Below, piece by piece: positions 1 through 8,449 of a stretch of 55,549 nucleotides of DNA (its first letter is position 1; the number at the start of each line of letters is the position of its first letter). The position numbers and the translations under genes are program-made. A model generated the notes under the pieces. That model ran no database searches. It worked only from the letters and a program-made list of their open reading frames with translations, and had not been told where the DNA came from. The stretch is from a virus (taxonomy: Duplodnaviria > Caudoviricetes), in the IMG/VR virus record IMGVR_UViG_3300028138_000005, positions 1 to 55,549 of that record; one strand, 5' to 3'.

Positions 1-137
1 AAGCCGGTTTACTCCACTGCCTGGAAGAACGCCCCGATCCGGATGTACCACTGTTACAACCGGGACGCTCGGATCGTTTATTGCGGTGACGTAACCTCGG
101 TCAATGATGACATGAAGTTTGGTCTGGCCCGCTCCTT
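1..137. repeat. Terminal redundancy, left copy (assembly circularisation overlap)
   Basis: 1-126 is identical to 55413-55538; 3 mismatches in the last 11 nt. Confidence 0.95.
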
Positions 138-462
138 CATGGGCCAATGGACTTGGAAGTCCCCCGACTACTTCAATGCGGTTGATCCCAACACTGGTGT
201 CCTGTGCCAGTTCAACAACGATAAGCGCAACAAGGGTTACTGGCTCGGCGAGTACGACTTGGCCGAGAAAACCATCTATCCTGAGATCGAGCGCATTATC
301 TTCGCGCTGGGCGAGCCTCAGCCGTACGTGCGGGTCCCGCGGACCAACACGGCGCCTACTGGCCCGACCAGTACCACCGATTACCAGAGCTTGCTGGCGT
401 ACAACGCCCAATGTGGCGAGTACACCCCAACCCCTGGCTTTGTTCTCCCGGTCGAAGATTGA
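1..462 (+). CDS. Major capsid protein, C-terminal part (continues from 54366 across the join; about 502 aa total)
   Basis: In frame with the ORF starting at 54366 (KPVYSTAWKNAPIRMYHC...); ends with NDKRNKGYW...AEKTIYPE, typical of capsid C-termini; followed by a hairpin. Confidence 0.8.
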   Translation, partial: KPVYSTAWKNAPIRMYHCYNRDARIVYCGDVTSVNDDMKFGLARSFMGQWTWKSPDYFNAVDPNTGVLCQFNNDKRNKGYWLGEYDLAEKTIYPEIERIIFALGEPQPYVRVPRTNTAPTGPTSTTDYQSLLAYNAQCGEYTPTPGFVLPVED

Positions 463-487
463 TCGGGGCGTTTTGGTTAGTTCATTA

Positions 488-525
488 CCGGGGGCGGCGC
501 CGCTTTTCACGCCGCTCCCGGGTTT
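488..525 (+). terminator. GC-rich hairpin after MCP, putative terminator/attenuator
   Basis: CCGGGGGCGGCG / CGCCGCTCCCGG stem (one G-U pair) followed by GTTTC. Confidence 0.5.
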
Positions 526-537
526 CGAAAGAAGTTT

Positions 538-885
538 ATGGCTTACGACAATCCGACTCCCGCGGGGGGGAATACAATGGACAGTGCCGATATGGCTCCA
601 ACCGGCAACTCTGGCGCCGGCCAGGACGGTATGGACATGGAGAAAGCCAACACGATCCACATTGCCGCCTCGGATCTGCCCAAGGGGGTTGAGCCCAAGG
701 CCGGCACCAAGGTCATGTTTTGCATTACTGGGCCGCCCGACCACGAGGGGGATTGCCCTGGCTACTTCGAAACCTCTGACGATAACGAAAATGCGGAAGA
801 TAAAGGAACCTCCTGGGAGGAGGACTTTCGCAAGTCAATGAGCCCACGCGAAGGCGGGGGCGAGTCACAGCAAGAACCAATGTAA
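538..885 (+). CDS. Acidic low-complexity protein carrying the SWEEDFRKSM motif, putative head-associated protein
   Basis: First ORF after MCP; motif shared with the scaffold C-terminus. Confidence 0.7.
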   Translation: MAYDNPTPAGGNTMDSADMAPTGNSGAGQDGMDMEKANTIHIAASDLPKGVEPKAGTKVMFCITGPPDHEGDCPGYFETSDDNENAEDKGTSWEEDFRKSMSPREGGGESQQEPM

Positions 886-889
886 TTTT

Positions 890-1321
890 ATGGCAGCTTA
901 CGGCATCACTTTAGCTTCAGTCGCCGCTCCTGGCGCAACTCCGATCACCCCTAACGCCTCGGCGGCCCAGGGGTTCCAAGCCAACTATTTCAAGTTGTCA
1001 GTCCCGGGCCTCTCCGACCGGGAGCGCAAGACCATTTCCGCGCTGGGCCTCATTTATGAGCTCAATAACGCGGGCGGGGCCAACTACAAGAGCAACCATG
1101 CCGGCCTGATTCAGGATGCCCAGGTGTTCGCGGGCGGGGTGTCTAATCTGGATAAGACCACCGCGGACGCCGCTAACGAGTGGAATGCCGGGGTTGTGGC
1201 CGATGCTACTCTGTCCACCGATGTCCCGACCCTGCTCAAAGAAGGGCGCGATCTGGACGATCTCTCCGAGCTCGAGCTCAACCGGATCCTGGCCTTCCTC
1301 CGTGCTCAACTCCGAAAGTGA
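890..1321 (+). CDS. Putative virion (capsid decoration) protein, paralog of 44302-44754
   Basis: Position downstream of MCP; aligns by eye with 44302-44754 (GLSDR/GLNDR, DAQVFAGG/DAMAFIGG, LSTDVPTLL/LPADVNALI). Confidence 0.6.
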   Translation: MAAYGITLASVAAPGATPITPNASAAQGFQANYFKLSVPGLSDRERKTISALGLIYELNNAGGANYKSNHAGLIQDAQVFAGGVSNLDKTTADAANEWNAGVVADATLSTDVPTLLKEGRDLDDLSELELNRILAFLRAQLRK

Positions 1322-1325
1322 ATGA

Positions 1326-2939
1326 ATGGCCTGCGATGCTCAAACGGTTGAAACCCTGACCGTAGGCACGGATGACCTTTACAAGTTATCAGAGCGGCAG
1401 TGGTTAGAATGCCTCGCGAATCTGTTCGCTGAGATTGCCAACCCCAATCTGGCCCTGCCCATTGAACAGAGCGCCGTCAATCTGGCTTACTCCCTCGGTT
1501 ATCCCAAACTGACTGACGTGCAGTTGGAACAGGCGCTCCTGGCAGTGTTCACGGCCAGTGCTTATGACGCCCAAACGATCGTCAATGAGATTGCAGCTAA
1601 GGGGTACGACAAGCTTTCGCACGCTGAAGTAACTCGCGGTATCGTAGCGGCCTTCTGCGCGGCCCTGGGTGGCACGGCTCAGACCATTGAAACCCTGGCT
1701 ATCGGTACGGACCAGCTCAACCAGCTTTGCGAGAATGACGCTGCGCTAGCCATCCTGGCGATCGTCTGCGCGGCCAATTCCTCGCAATGCCTTCCGCCCG
1801 CGCTGCTTCACTGGCGCGGCAAATGGACCCAGTTAAGCGACCGGGGTTTGCGCGAAGTGATCGCCGCCCTGGCGCAGTACGCAATTACCCCACCTGCCCC
1901 GCCTTGCCCAGTGCCCACCGGCTTAACCACCGCCTTACAAAGTGACAATACCGTACTGGTGAGTTGGGATGCGCTTCCGGCAGGGGTGACGTACACCGAA
2001 CTTTGGACCAGTCCCGATAATGTCACTTTCACGATTGCGGATAACGTTGCGGCGCCGGCAACCACGCTCACGCTGCCTCCTCAAGGCGCCACGACATACC
2101 TTAAAATCCGCTTCTGCACGGATGCCTTTGTCTCGTTGTTCCCGCTGACGGATGCCTGGATGGCTCAGGTTGTGACCAACGGCGGGGCCACTCCATCCAT
2201 GTCCACGCGGGCCTTTTTGACGGTGTTCGAAACCGCCACGGCCAGCATAAACGCCAAGCTGTACAATGTGAACGTGGTGGCGCCTGATAGCCTGATTGCG
2301 GCCAAAACTCCTTTCATTCGCAAGTTTGGTTCGGCGCTTTGGACCACGATCGCGGTTGGGACGCCTCCGGCCGAGGATTTGACCGTGAATGGGATTCTGG
2401 CGGCAAGCAATTCGACTAACGGCAACGTTTACGATTTAGGCTTTGGGCCGGCTGCCGTCCCCTCCTTTAATAGCGGGAATTGCGGTTGCTTTGCTTACTA
2501 CACCACCATTGTAGCCAGTGCTTTTGACGGGATCGGCTGTTACGATGGAGTCTCGGCTATCGGGGTTCAAAATCAGGACGGCGGCAACGAGCTTTATATC
2601 GGTTGGACGGTGGCCTCGATCCTCTTCGTTGCGGATAGCGGATTGGCCGGCCTTTACATGACCAGTCGCACGGCAACCAATGTGCTGAAGGGGTATTTTG
2701 GAAACTCAACAACCGGCTTCATCCTGCGCGGCACAAACGCGAACAATAACGCCGTTGCCCCAAACGCCACGCCCAACGTGGGCGCGTGCGGTGAGCTGAA
2801 TGCCGGCCCTGTTGGCAAGCCTAACCCCAGCCGGTTTTCCTGCTTTGGGGTCTGTGACGGACTCACCCTGGCCGAGGGCACGATCCTCTATAACGCGGTC
2901 CAGGCCTTACGCGTTGGGTTCGGAGGAGGTTACGCATGA
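1326..2939 (+). CDS. Putative virion fibre/decoration protein: helical repeats + FN3-like domain + lectin-like C-domain
   Basis: N-terminal DAQT...LS repeats; PVPTGL...VLVSWD...ELWTS...YLKIR FN3 pattern; C-domain shared with the next gene. Confidence 0.65.
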   Translation: MACDAQTVETLTVGTDDLYKLSERQWLECLANLFAEIANPNLALPIEQSAVNLAYSLGYPKLTDVQLEQALLAVFTASAYDAQTIVNEIAAKGYDKLSHAEVTRGIVAAFCAALGGTAQTIETLAIGTDQLNQLCENDAALAILAIVCAANSSQCLPPALLHWRGKWTQLSDRGLREVIAALAQYAITPPAPPCPVPTGLTTALQSDNTVLVSWDALPAGVTYTELWTSPDNVTFTIADNVAAPATTLTLPPQGATTYLKIRFCTDAFVSLFPLTDAWMAQVVTNGGATPSMSTRAFLTVFETATASINAKLYNVNVVAPDSLIAAKTPFIRKFGSALWTTIAVGTPPAEDLTVNGILAASNSTNGNVYDLGFGPAAVPSFNSGNCGCFAYYTTIVASAFDGIGCYDGVSAIGVQNQDGGNELYIGWTVASILFVADSGLAGLYMTSRTATNVLKGYFGNSTTGFILRGTNANNNAVAPNATPNVGACGELNAGPVGKPNPSRFSCFGVCDGLTLAEGTILYNAVQALRVGFGGGYA

Positions 2940-3775
2940 GTGTTTGTTGCAATTTCACCAGTTCGGTTTTGCTTCCACCGCCGCACAACACAGCTACGGT
3001 TAGCTGGCTGTCTCGGATCACGGCTAATGGCGGCGCGGCCCCTGCCGCGGCCACCGTCACGGCGATCAATGACCTTTACAACGCGATCGATGCCGCTGGA
3101 ATAACGTCCAAGATTCTGCAAATGGCGATGTTTGTGCCCGATTCCCTGATCGCGGCTCGAACGCCACTCTTCAAGGTGATTGGCAATGACCCCTGGGGCA
3201 CGACTTTTACCAATGGCGACCTGGGGGCAAACGGCATAACCGGCAACAGCCACTATCTGGATCCTGGGTGTGTTCCTGCCTTCATGTCTGCTCAGTGGAG
3301 CGCCCTGAGTGCTTGCATTTTCTTTTACTCTTACGCGACTAATACCACGCCGACCGGAACCGATGTCGGCTGCACTGATGGGTCCAACGATAGCTTTTTT
3401 ATTGCCGAGTACGGGGGAGGCGGGGGGTTGCACTGCGTTTCGGATTTGCAAGGGGCGGCGCCCAGGCTGAACGTAGCCAATCCCGGGAATGGCTTCTTGA
3501 TGGCCTCCCGCATAGCCGCCAACAACAATCAGATCTACTTTGCCAACTCGAGTACGCCATGGGCATCCATTGCGAACAACGCAGTCGGCAGCATTGGTTT
3601 TTCCACGGCCGGCTTTCTGATTTTTGCTTTTAACAACAACGGCTCAATTATCCAGTACTCTAACGGCACGCTGTCTTGCGCCGGCTTCGCGGCGGGTCTG
3701 ACCAGCGGGGAAGGGCAAGCCCTTTACAACGCGATCCAGGCCTGCCGAGTAGCTTTAGGCGGAGGTTTCCGATGA
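2936..3775 (+). CDS. Putative virion protein with a beta-rich lectin/LamG-like domain, paralog of the 1326-2939 C-domain
   Basis: Shared NGGA-P, PDSLIAAxTP, YFxNSxT and GLTxxEGxxLYNAxQAxRVxxGGG motifs. Confidence 0.65.
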   Translation: MSVCCNFTSSVLLPPPHNTATVSWLSRITANGGAAPAAATVTAINDLYNAIDAAGITSKILQMAMFVPDSLIAARTPLFKVIGNDPWGTTFTNGDLGANGITGNSHYLDPGCVPAFMSAQWSALSACIFFYSYATNTTPTGTDVGCTDGSNDSFFIAEYGGGGGLHCVSDLQGAAPRLNVANPGNGFLMASRIAANNNQIYFANSSTPWASIANNAVGSIGFSTAGFLIFAFNNNGSIIQYSNGTLSCAGFAAGLTSGEGQALYNAIQACRVALGGGFR

Positions 3776-4164
3776 TTCGTACACTCGTAATGCTGGTCCA
3801 GTTGGTTATGCCGCTCCTGGCTGATGCCGCGCCCAAGCTGCTCTCGCCCAAGCACTCGGCTTTTGTTTCCTCCCTGGGAACACCCATGCTGATAAAGGCG
3901 GCCGCCACGCCGGCCCTGGCCCTGCAGCTCACCTGGGATTACCCCCCCGACCAGATTAGCAACGTGGTCTTTGAGGTCTGGTCCTCGGTGAGTGTTTCCC
4001 AGGCGCCGCCCCTGCCGCGTTATGATGCCGTCCCCAACGGCTTCACCCTCCATTCTGTGGTAGATGCCCCTCCGGTTGCCGTAGGCGGCCAGCCCTGGGA
4101 GTTCTTCATTGTCCGCGCCAAAGACTTTGTTTCGGGCGTGTACTCGAACTGGAACGTAAAGTGA
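3772..4164 (+). CDS. Exported protein with signal peptide and FN3-like domain
   Basis: ATG at 3772 overlaps the upstream stop; hydrophobic N-terminus with ADA cleavage site; LTWDYP...FEVWSS...FFIVRA pattern. Confidence 0.6.
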   Translation: MIRTLVMLVQLVMPLLADAAPKLLSPKHSAFVSSLGTPMLIKAAATPALALQLTWDYPPDQISNVVFEVWSSVSVSQAPPLPRYDAVPNGFTLHSVVDAPPVAVGGQPWEFFIVRAKDFVSGVYSNWNVK

Positions 4165-4535
4165 TGCGCTATGGCCTGCTATTATCCGAGCTACGTGCCC
4201 TCGAGGCCCTGGCGCTCTACTACGAGAATCTGGTTCTCTACAAGGCCCGGGAGCTGGATGAATACCTCGCCAAGGTCTTTGGCACCCCGCTCAATCCTCT
4301 GACAGATCCGACTCCAACGGCGGCCGCGCCGGCGCCGGCTGAGCCAGTCCAACCAGAGGCACCCCGCCCAGTGGATCCGCCTGAGTGTGTCACCCTGGAT
4401 GAACATAAAAAGCGGATCATTGCCAACTGTCTTTCCAAGTATCACGGCAACGTAAGGCAAGCCGCCCGGGAATTGGGGATCAGCAGAAACCACTTCTATC
4501 GTCGAGCATACGGCACCAATGGGGACCACCAATGA
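4161..4535 (+). CDS. Fis-type (HTH_8) helix-turn-helix protein
   Basis: TLDEHKKRIIANCLSKYHGNVRQAARELGISRNHFYRR matches the Fis/NtrC C-terminal HTH. Confidence 0.8.
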   Translation: MMRYGLLLSELRALEALALYYENLVLYKARELDEYLAKVFGTPLNPLTDPTPTAAAPAPAEPVQPEAPRPVDPPECVTLDEHKKRIIANCLSKYHGNVRQAARELGISRNHFYRRAYGTNGDHQ

Positions 4536-4723
4536 CCGTCCATGATCACATGATGGCGGCCGAGGCCCAGCTCCTCATGGCCGATGTCCAGACCAGACCT
4601 AACAGCCCTGAGTCTCGTGCGAGCGCCCAGCTCCATACAGCCATGGTGCACCTTGAATTTGCCTTAGCGATTGTGCGCGGTGAGTCCCCGAAACTGCCCG
4701 AGCCCGCCCCGGCTTATGAGTGA
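4532..4723 (+). CDS. Hypothetical protein
   Basis: ATGA coupling with the upstream gene and short overlap with the next. Confidence 0.55.
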   Translation: MTVHDHMMAAEAQLLMADVQTRPNSPESRASAQLHTAMVHLEFALAIVRGESPKLPEPAPAYE

Positions 4724-4970
4724 CCAACCTATGCTGAAAATCAACACCGTGCTTACGGGCTTCTCCACTTTGTTCATGGCCCTGGTCTGTTTCCTGGGCA
4801 AAGAGCTGTGGACCGAGACCCGCCTCACCCATGACGCCGTGTTGACCGTCCAGCTTCGCATGGTCAATCACACCGAATTTGATACCACGGTTGCGGAGAT
4901 CCGCTCCCGCCAATCGTCCATCGAACTAGAGATCCAAAAAATGAAAGACCACAGAAACTACACTCCATGA
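4716..4970 (+). CDS. Single-TM + coiled-coil protein, putative holin/antiholin-like
   Basis: One N-terminal hydrophobic segment, C-terminal coiled coil, adjacent to a lipoprotein gene. Confidence 0.45.
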   Translation: MSDQPMLKINTVLTGFSTLFMALVCFLGKELWTETRLTHDAVLTVQLRMVNHTEFDTTVAEIRSRQSSIELEIQKMKDHRNYTP

Positions 4971-5425
4971 AAAAGAACAAACTCGCGATCGCCGCCCTGA
5001 TAGCTCTCTGGGCTGCCATCCTCACCATCATTGGTTGCACAACCAAAAATCCGGCCTACACGCCTCCTCCCCCAGGCCAAACAACCACCGTCCCGCAATA
5101 CATTCCCGACCCGCGGATTGCTTCCCTGTCCAATACGGTTGCTCAAGTGGCCCAGGGTGTGTCCCCGGTAAACCCGTATGCCGGCTTGACCGATTACGCC
5201 GTCAAGGGTGTGTTCGGGCTCGCCGGTTTGATTGCCGGCGCGGTTGCCGGGGTGAAGAACCGTAACGCCGTTATCAACACCATGGCCGCGGGTGTCATTA
5301 AGGCCGGCGCCGCTCAACCCGTGCTGGATCATGCCAGCAACACCGGGAACTTTGCGGCTGTGGCAGATGCGATCAACGCCCAGACCGGAGCTAACCAGAC
5401 TCCGACCGGGGCGCCTAAGACTTAA
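4967..5425 (+). CDS. Lipoprotein with an internal hydrophobic segment, possible spanin
   Basis: MKKNK-hydrophobic-IIGC lipobox; Pro-rich linker; GVFGLAGLIAGAVAGV segment. Confidence 0.55.
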   Translation: MKKNKLAIAALIALWAAILTIIGCTTKNPAYTPPPPGQTTTVPQYIPDPRIASLSNTVAQVAQGVSPVNPYAGLTDYAVKGVFGLAGLIAGAVAGVKNRNAVINTMAAGVIKAGAAQPVLDHASNTGNFAAVADAINAQTGANQTPTGAPKT

Positions 5426-5450
5426 GCCGCTCCCCCCCCCCCTCACCAAC

Positions 5451-5495
5451 AAAAACCCGCCCGGGGCAAAACTAAAACCCGGGCGGGTTTCTTTT
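5451..5495. terminator. Bidirectional intrinsic terminator
   Basis: AAACCCGCCCGGG / CCCGGGCGGGTTT stem flanked by A and T runs between convergent operons. Confidence 0.85.
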
Positions 5496-5575
5496 GAAGC
5501 AGGCCAGCCGGCCTACTTACTCTGCAGAGTCATTCTGGGTGTAGATGTCCGCTCGCAGAGCCCGCATAGTGCGGC

Positions 5576-6157
5576 TTAAGGCGTTGAAAGCCGGTAGAAC
5601 TTGCAGGGCGCCAGCATTCCGGCCGGATCCAGTTGAACGTAATTGGTCGCGCCCGCGGCCACATAGTTAGTGCAGACCGGCACTCCTCCCCGGCTCAGGA
5701 CCAGCGTGGTCCCACTGCTCGAGCAATACCCAAGGATCGAAACGGCCTCGGCCCAGGTCTGGAAATCCCTAGTCGATTGAAGGCGCGTTTTCATAATCGC
5801 CGTGATGGGTTGGCCGCTCATCGGATCGGTCCAGCCATAGCCAGAGGCATCCCAGTAAAGCACCCCGCTCGAGTCGTCCAGGCGCATTGTCGAGCTGGGG
5901 GTGTTGGTCGCCGGCGCCACAACCTGGGCCGCGGGCGGCGGCGGCGGGTCCTGCTGGTCCTGGGGCTTGGGGTCTGGGATCTTCTTGCAGACCTGATAGA
6001 GTTCGTACGTCACCCAGGCGCCGATCCCGATGACGATACAGCCGCACACCACGGGAATAATCCAGTTAGGCTTGGTCTGGGCTCGCACCATGGTATGGGG
6101 TGTTACGGCCAGGGCCGCGATCAGGGCGCCGGTTACAAGTAGTTTGGCTTTCATCAT
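5576..6157 (-). CDS. Exported/membrane protein with a Verrucomicrobia-type C-terminal domain
   Basis: Signal peptide (VRA-Q), TM segment, Pro linker, LQSTRDFQTW...FYRL ending. Confidence 0.6.
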   Translation of the reverse strand: MMKAKLLVTGALIAALAVTPHTMVRAQTKPNWIIPVVCGCIVIGIGAWVTYELYQVCKKIPDPKPQDQQDPPPPPAAQVVAPATNTPSSTMRLDDSSGVLYWDASGYGWTDPMSGQPITAIMKTRLQSTRDFQTWAEAVSILGYCSSSGTTLVLSRGGVPVCTNYVAAGATNYVQLDPAGMLAPCKFYRLSTP

Positions 6158-6411
6158 TCAACACCGTCCAATTCATCTATGTAAGCCTCCCACTCCAACT
6201 GCCTTTTGGACTTCTTCGGCAGCGGTTTGGAGGTACGCTTATTCCACTTCTCAGCAAGTATCGGGGTTACGTCCATCTTAGACGGGAAAAACAGCGCAGT
6301 TGACGCGTTGCACTTGCAGCACTCGATATAACGCCCGCCTTCGTTCTCACCCTCCTCGATTTCATTAAAGCGAGCCCTGCCGCCACAGAATGGACACGGT
6401 AGCAATTTCAT
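6154..6411 (-). CDS. lar: Lar-family restriction alleviation zinc-finger protein
   Basis: LLPCPFCGG...IECCKCNA...EKWNKR signature. Confidence 0.8.
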   Translation of the reverse strand: MKLLPCPFCGGRARFNEIEEGENEGGRYIECCKCNASTALFFPSKMDVTPILAEKWNKRTSKPLPKKSKRQLEWEAYIDELDGVE

Positions 6412-6890
6412 GGTTTTAACGGGTTACTTGAACGCTTCACGCATGAATTGAGCAGGTCTGAAAGGCAAATTCTGGCACTTTCGTCAAATTCAGTCCACGA
6501 GGAGTCACTCTTAAAACCGTCCATTATTTGAGCGACATCGGTAAGAGTGTGAACGGCCCCATCCCAAAATCCCTTGGGCAATACTTCGGCCCCCTCCGCT
6601 TGCTTCCATTTCCACGCCCATCTGTCAGCGTGAATTTCGCGCTCAACCATCCACTGGTTGTCGAGCCTTTGCTCGAAATCCGCTGAGACTTGGATCTCGA
6701 TGACCATGGTTCGGCGCGGACCATCCCCAAGAGGAGGGAGGCTGCTGTCCGGTGTAGTACCCGACTCCTCTGATGTTTTCTCCCAAAGTTTGTCGGCTGA
6801 TTTGTCTGCTTCAACCGGCTGGTTGCTTAACCGGACAAGCGAACGAATCAAGTCTTTAAGAGGCGCGATCAATAGATCTCCTGATGGCAT
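6408..6890 (-). CDS. Hypothetical protein (start uncertain)
   Basis: Protein-like C-terminal half; coupled to the lar start. Confidence 0.5.
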   Translation of the reverse strand: MPSGDLLIAPLKDLIRSLVRLSNQPVEADKSADKLWEKTSEESGTTPDSSLPPLGDGPRRTMVIEIQVSADFEQRLDNQWMVEREIHADRWAWKWKQAEGAEVLPKGFWDGAVHTLTDVAQIMDGFKSDSSWTEFDESARICLSDLLNSCVKRSSNPLKP

Positions 6891-6915
6891 CTGGTGTTCG
6901 ATGAAAATGAAATCT

Positions 6916-7239
6916 TCAACCCGTTTTTCCCAAATTGGCAGGTAAACGAGGAGTCGAGCCAACCGAAGCTCCCGAACATTTAACTGGTTCCTGCTTACCT
7001 GCCACAAATTTCTCGCACCCCGGCGCAACGTGGGCATTGTCTATTGGCGGCTGCTGCCGTTTTGCTGCATCCAACATCGGAAGGGTGTTTTCGATTAAAC
7101 CACTCATGGCGTTGGATAAAAATTGCAGCCGGTTGGCCACAGCTTCAAAGAACGCTTTGCCCTCGGAGTCGGGCGTCAAAATCTGCTCTGCCATATCGTT
7201 TAGCCGAGCAATCATCGTCTTGTCGGTATAAGTTTTCAT
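6916..7239 (-). CDS. Hypothetical protein
   Basis: Helical N-terminal region; 3' part runs through a structured hairpin. Confidence 0.55.
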   Translation of the reverse strand: MKTYTDKTMIARLNDMAEQILTPDSEGKAFFEAVANRLQFLSNAMSGLIENTLPMLDAAKRQQPPIDNAHVAPGCEKFVAGKQEPVKCSGASVGSTPRLPANLGKTG

Positions 7240-7245
7240 TGGTTT

Positions 7246-7416
7246 TCATTTCAGTTTGAACAGGAAGGAGATCAGCGCCGCCCAGGCAATGCTGCCGGTG
7301 ATGGCGAAGATCGTTGTTGAGGTTTTTGGGGTGCACGCGGCCAGGACAAGCCCGACCATTACGCCGTACGCTAACCAAAGGATCCCGGCGCAGATCCAAC
7401 TGCCGAATTTTGTCAT
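7246..7416 (-). CDS. Small two-TM membrane protein (56 aa, not in the ORF track)
   Basis: MTKFGSWICAGILWLAYGVMVGLVLAACTPKTSTTIFAITGSIAWAALISFLFKLK; ATGA-coupled to 7413-7673. Confidence 0.65.
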   Translation of the reverse strand: MTKFGSWICAGILWLAYGVMVGLVLAACTPKTSTTIFAITGSIAWAALISFLFKLK

Positions 7417-7673
7417 ATTGACCCTTTCTCTACTGGTTCGGTCTGGAAAACTTCAAGCGGCAAGAAGCCGCCCGCGCCCAGGCGGAACGGCGTTTCTCTG
7501 GAATGGACAAAGACACACGTTAGCTGGATCACGGTTTTGCACCCGCCACAGATGAGAGTCATGGGACCGGTGCGCTTGGGCTCAATCTCGTACTCCTGGC
7601 CCAGGTGGATACTTTCATTGAGGAGCGGAAAGCCGCACGGGCACACACTCAACTTGGCCAGTTTAGCTTTCAC
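7413..7673 (-). CDS. Zinc-finger hypothetical protein
   Basis: CPCG and CGGC pairs; coupled to neighbours. Confidence 0.6.
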   Translation of the reverse strand: MKAKLAKLSVCPCGFPLLNESIHLGQEYEIEPKRTGPMTLICGGCKTVIQLTCVFVHSRETPFRLGAGGFLPLEVFQTEPVEKGSI

Positions 7674-7861
7674 GGTTGGAAATCGATGATCTGTTTGCGG
7701 AGCTGCCGGCGCCGAGCGCAGAGGGCTTTATACTCCTCGAGGTCCTTCTTGCGGATCGTGGTCCCAAAAGCGTCTGTTTTGCCCCGCTCTTTAATTTCAG
7801 TGATATGCTCATTTACAAGGTCCAGTTGTAGCTTCAGCTCCTTTAGGAATAGTTTTGCCAT
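7670..7861 (-). CDS. Small coiled-coil hypothetical protein
   Basis: Coupled ORF in the leftward early operon. Confidence 0.55.
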   Translation of the reverse strand: MAKLFLKELKLQLDLVNEHITEIKERGKTDAFGTTIRKKDLEEYKALCARRRQLRKQIIDFQP

Positions 7862-8243
7862 GGCGTTTGAGGTTCGGTTTTACCGTGCTCACGTTCACTA
7901 AGGTTCCTTCTGCTCCGCGGGTGATGACTTGGTGGTACTCCCAGGACAGTCGTTTGTCTCGGTCATCAACGCCGAGGCTTGTTGCGATAGCGTCCCTGAG
8001 AGACTTGGCGCCAGCGATGAGATTATCGTCATCAAGCTCCTTGTGGCGGAAACTGACGATCGTAACGCAGTAACCCACTGCTGTCTTGCGTCTGAACTCA
8101 CCATTCGACTTTTTGTCCAGTGTTGATAGCGGGTGACGTTCACGCTTTGGATTTTCAGGGGGAGAAACAGCGAAAAGACCAGCGTTGATCGGGTTCGAGC
8201 CGACTTTGGTTTGTTTGAGTTCATCGAGGCTTTTGAATCTCAT
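7809..8243 (-). CDS. RusA-like Holliday junction resolvase
   Basis: ELDDDNLIAGAKSLRDAI...VDDRD matches the RusA DxDN..K...D...DD motif; ATG at 8243. Confidence 0.7.
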   Translation of the reverse strand: MRFKSLDELKQTKVGSNPINAGLFAVSPPENPKRERHPLSTLDKKSNGEFRRKTAVGYCVTIVSFRHKELDDDNLIAGAKSLRDAIATSLGVDDRDKRLSWEYHQVITRGAEGTLVNVSTVKPNLKRHGKTIPKGAEATTGPCK

Positions 8244-8449
8244 TTTAAATGCAGGAGCTGATCCATGGGCTGGCAAAAGGGGCAGAGCCAGATCCACTTG
8301 CCTTTGCGCTTCACGCGGATCCAATGGTTCGCCAGGGCCTCGCGCTTGGCTGTCTGCACGGCGTAGGCAATCGGCCCAGGCTCGCCCGCCAGGAGGCTCG
8401 AGCAGTTGTCCCGGTCGCACATGATATTGACCTCGTAAGAAAAGCTCAT
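8240..8449 (-). CDS. Zinc-finger protein, paralog of 8446-8652
   Basis: YEVNIMCDRDNC...WLCPFC. Confidence 0.65.
   Translation of the reverse strand: MSFSYEVNIMCDRDNCSSLLAGEPGPIAYAVQTAKREALANHWIRVKRKGKWIWLCPFCQPMDQLLHLK

Noticed and set aside
1326-3775. Diversity-generating retroelement acting on the duplicated C-domains
   Set aside because: No reverse transcriptase, and no near-identical TR/VR pair differing only at adenines.
5432-5442. C11 homopolymer as a phase-variation switch
   Set aside because: Lies between a stop codon and a terminator, with no frame or promoter to affect.
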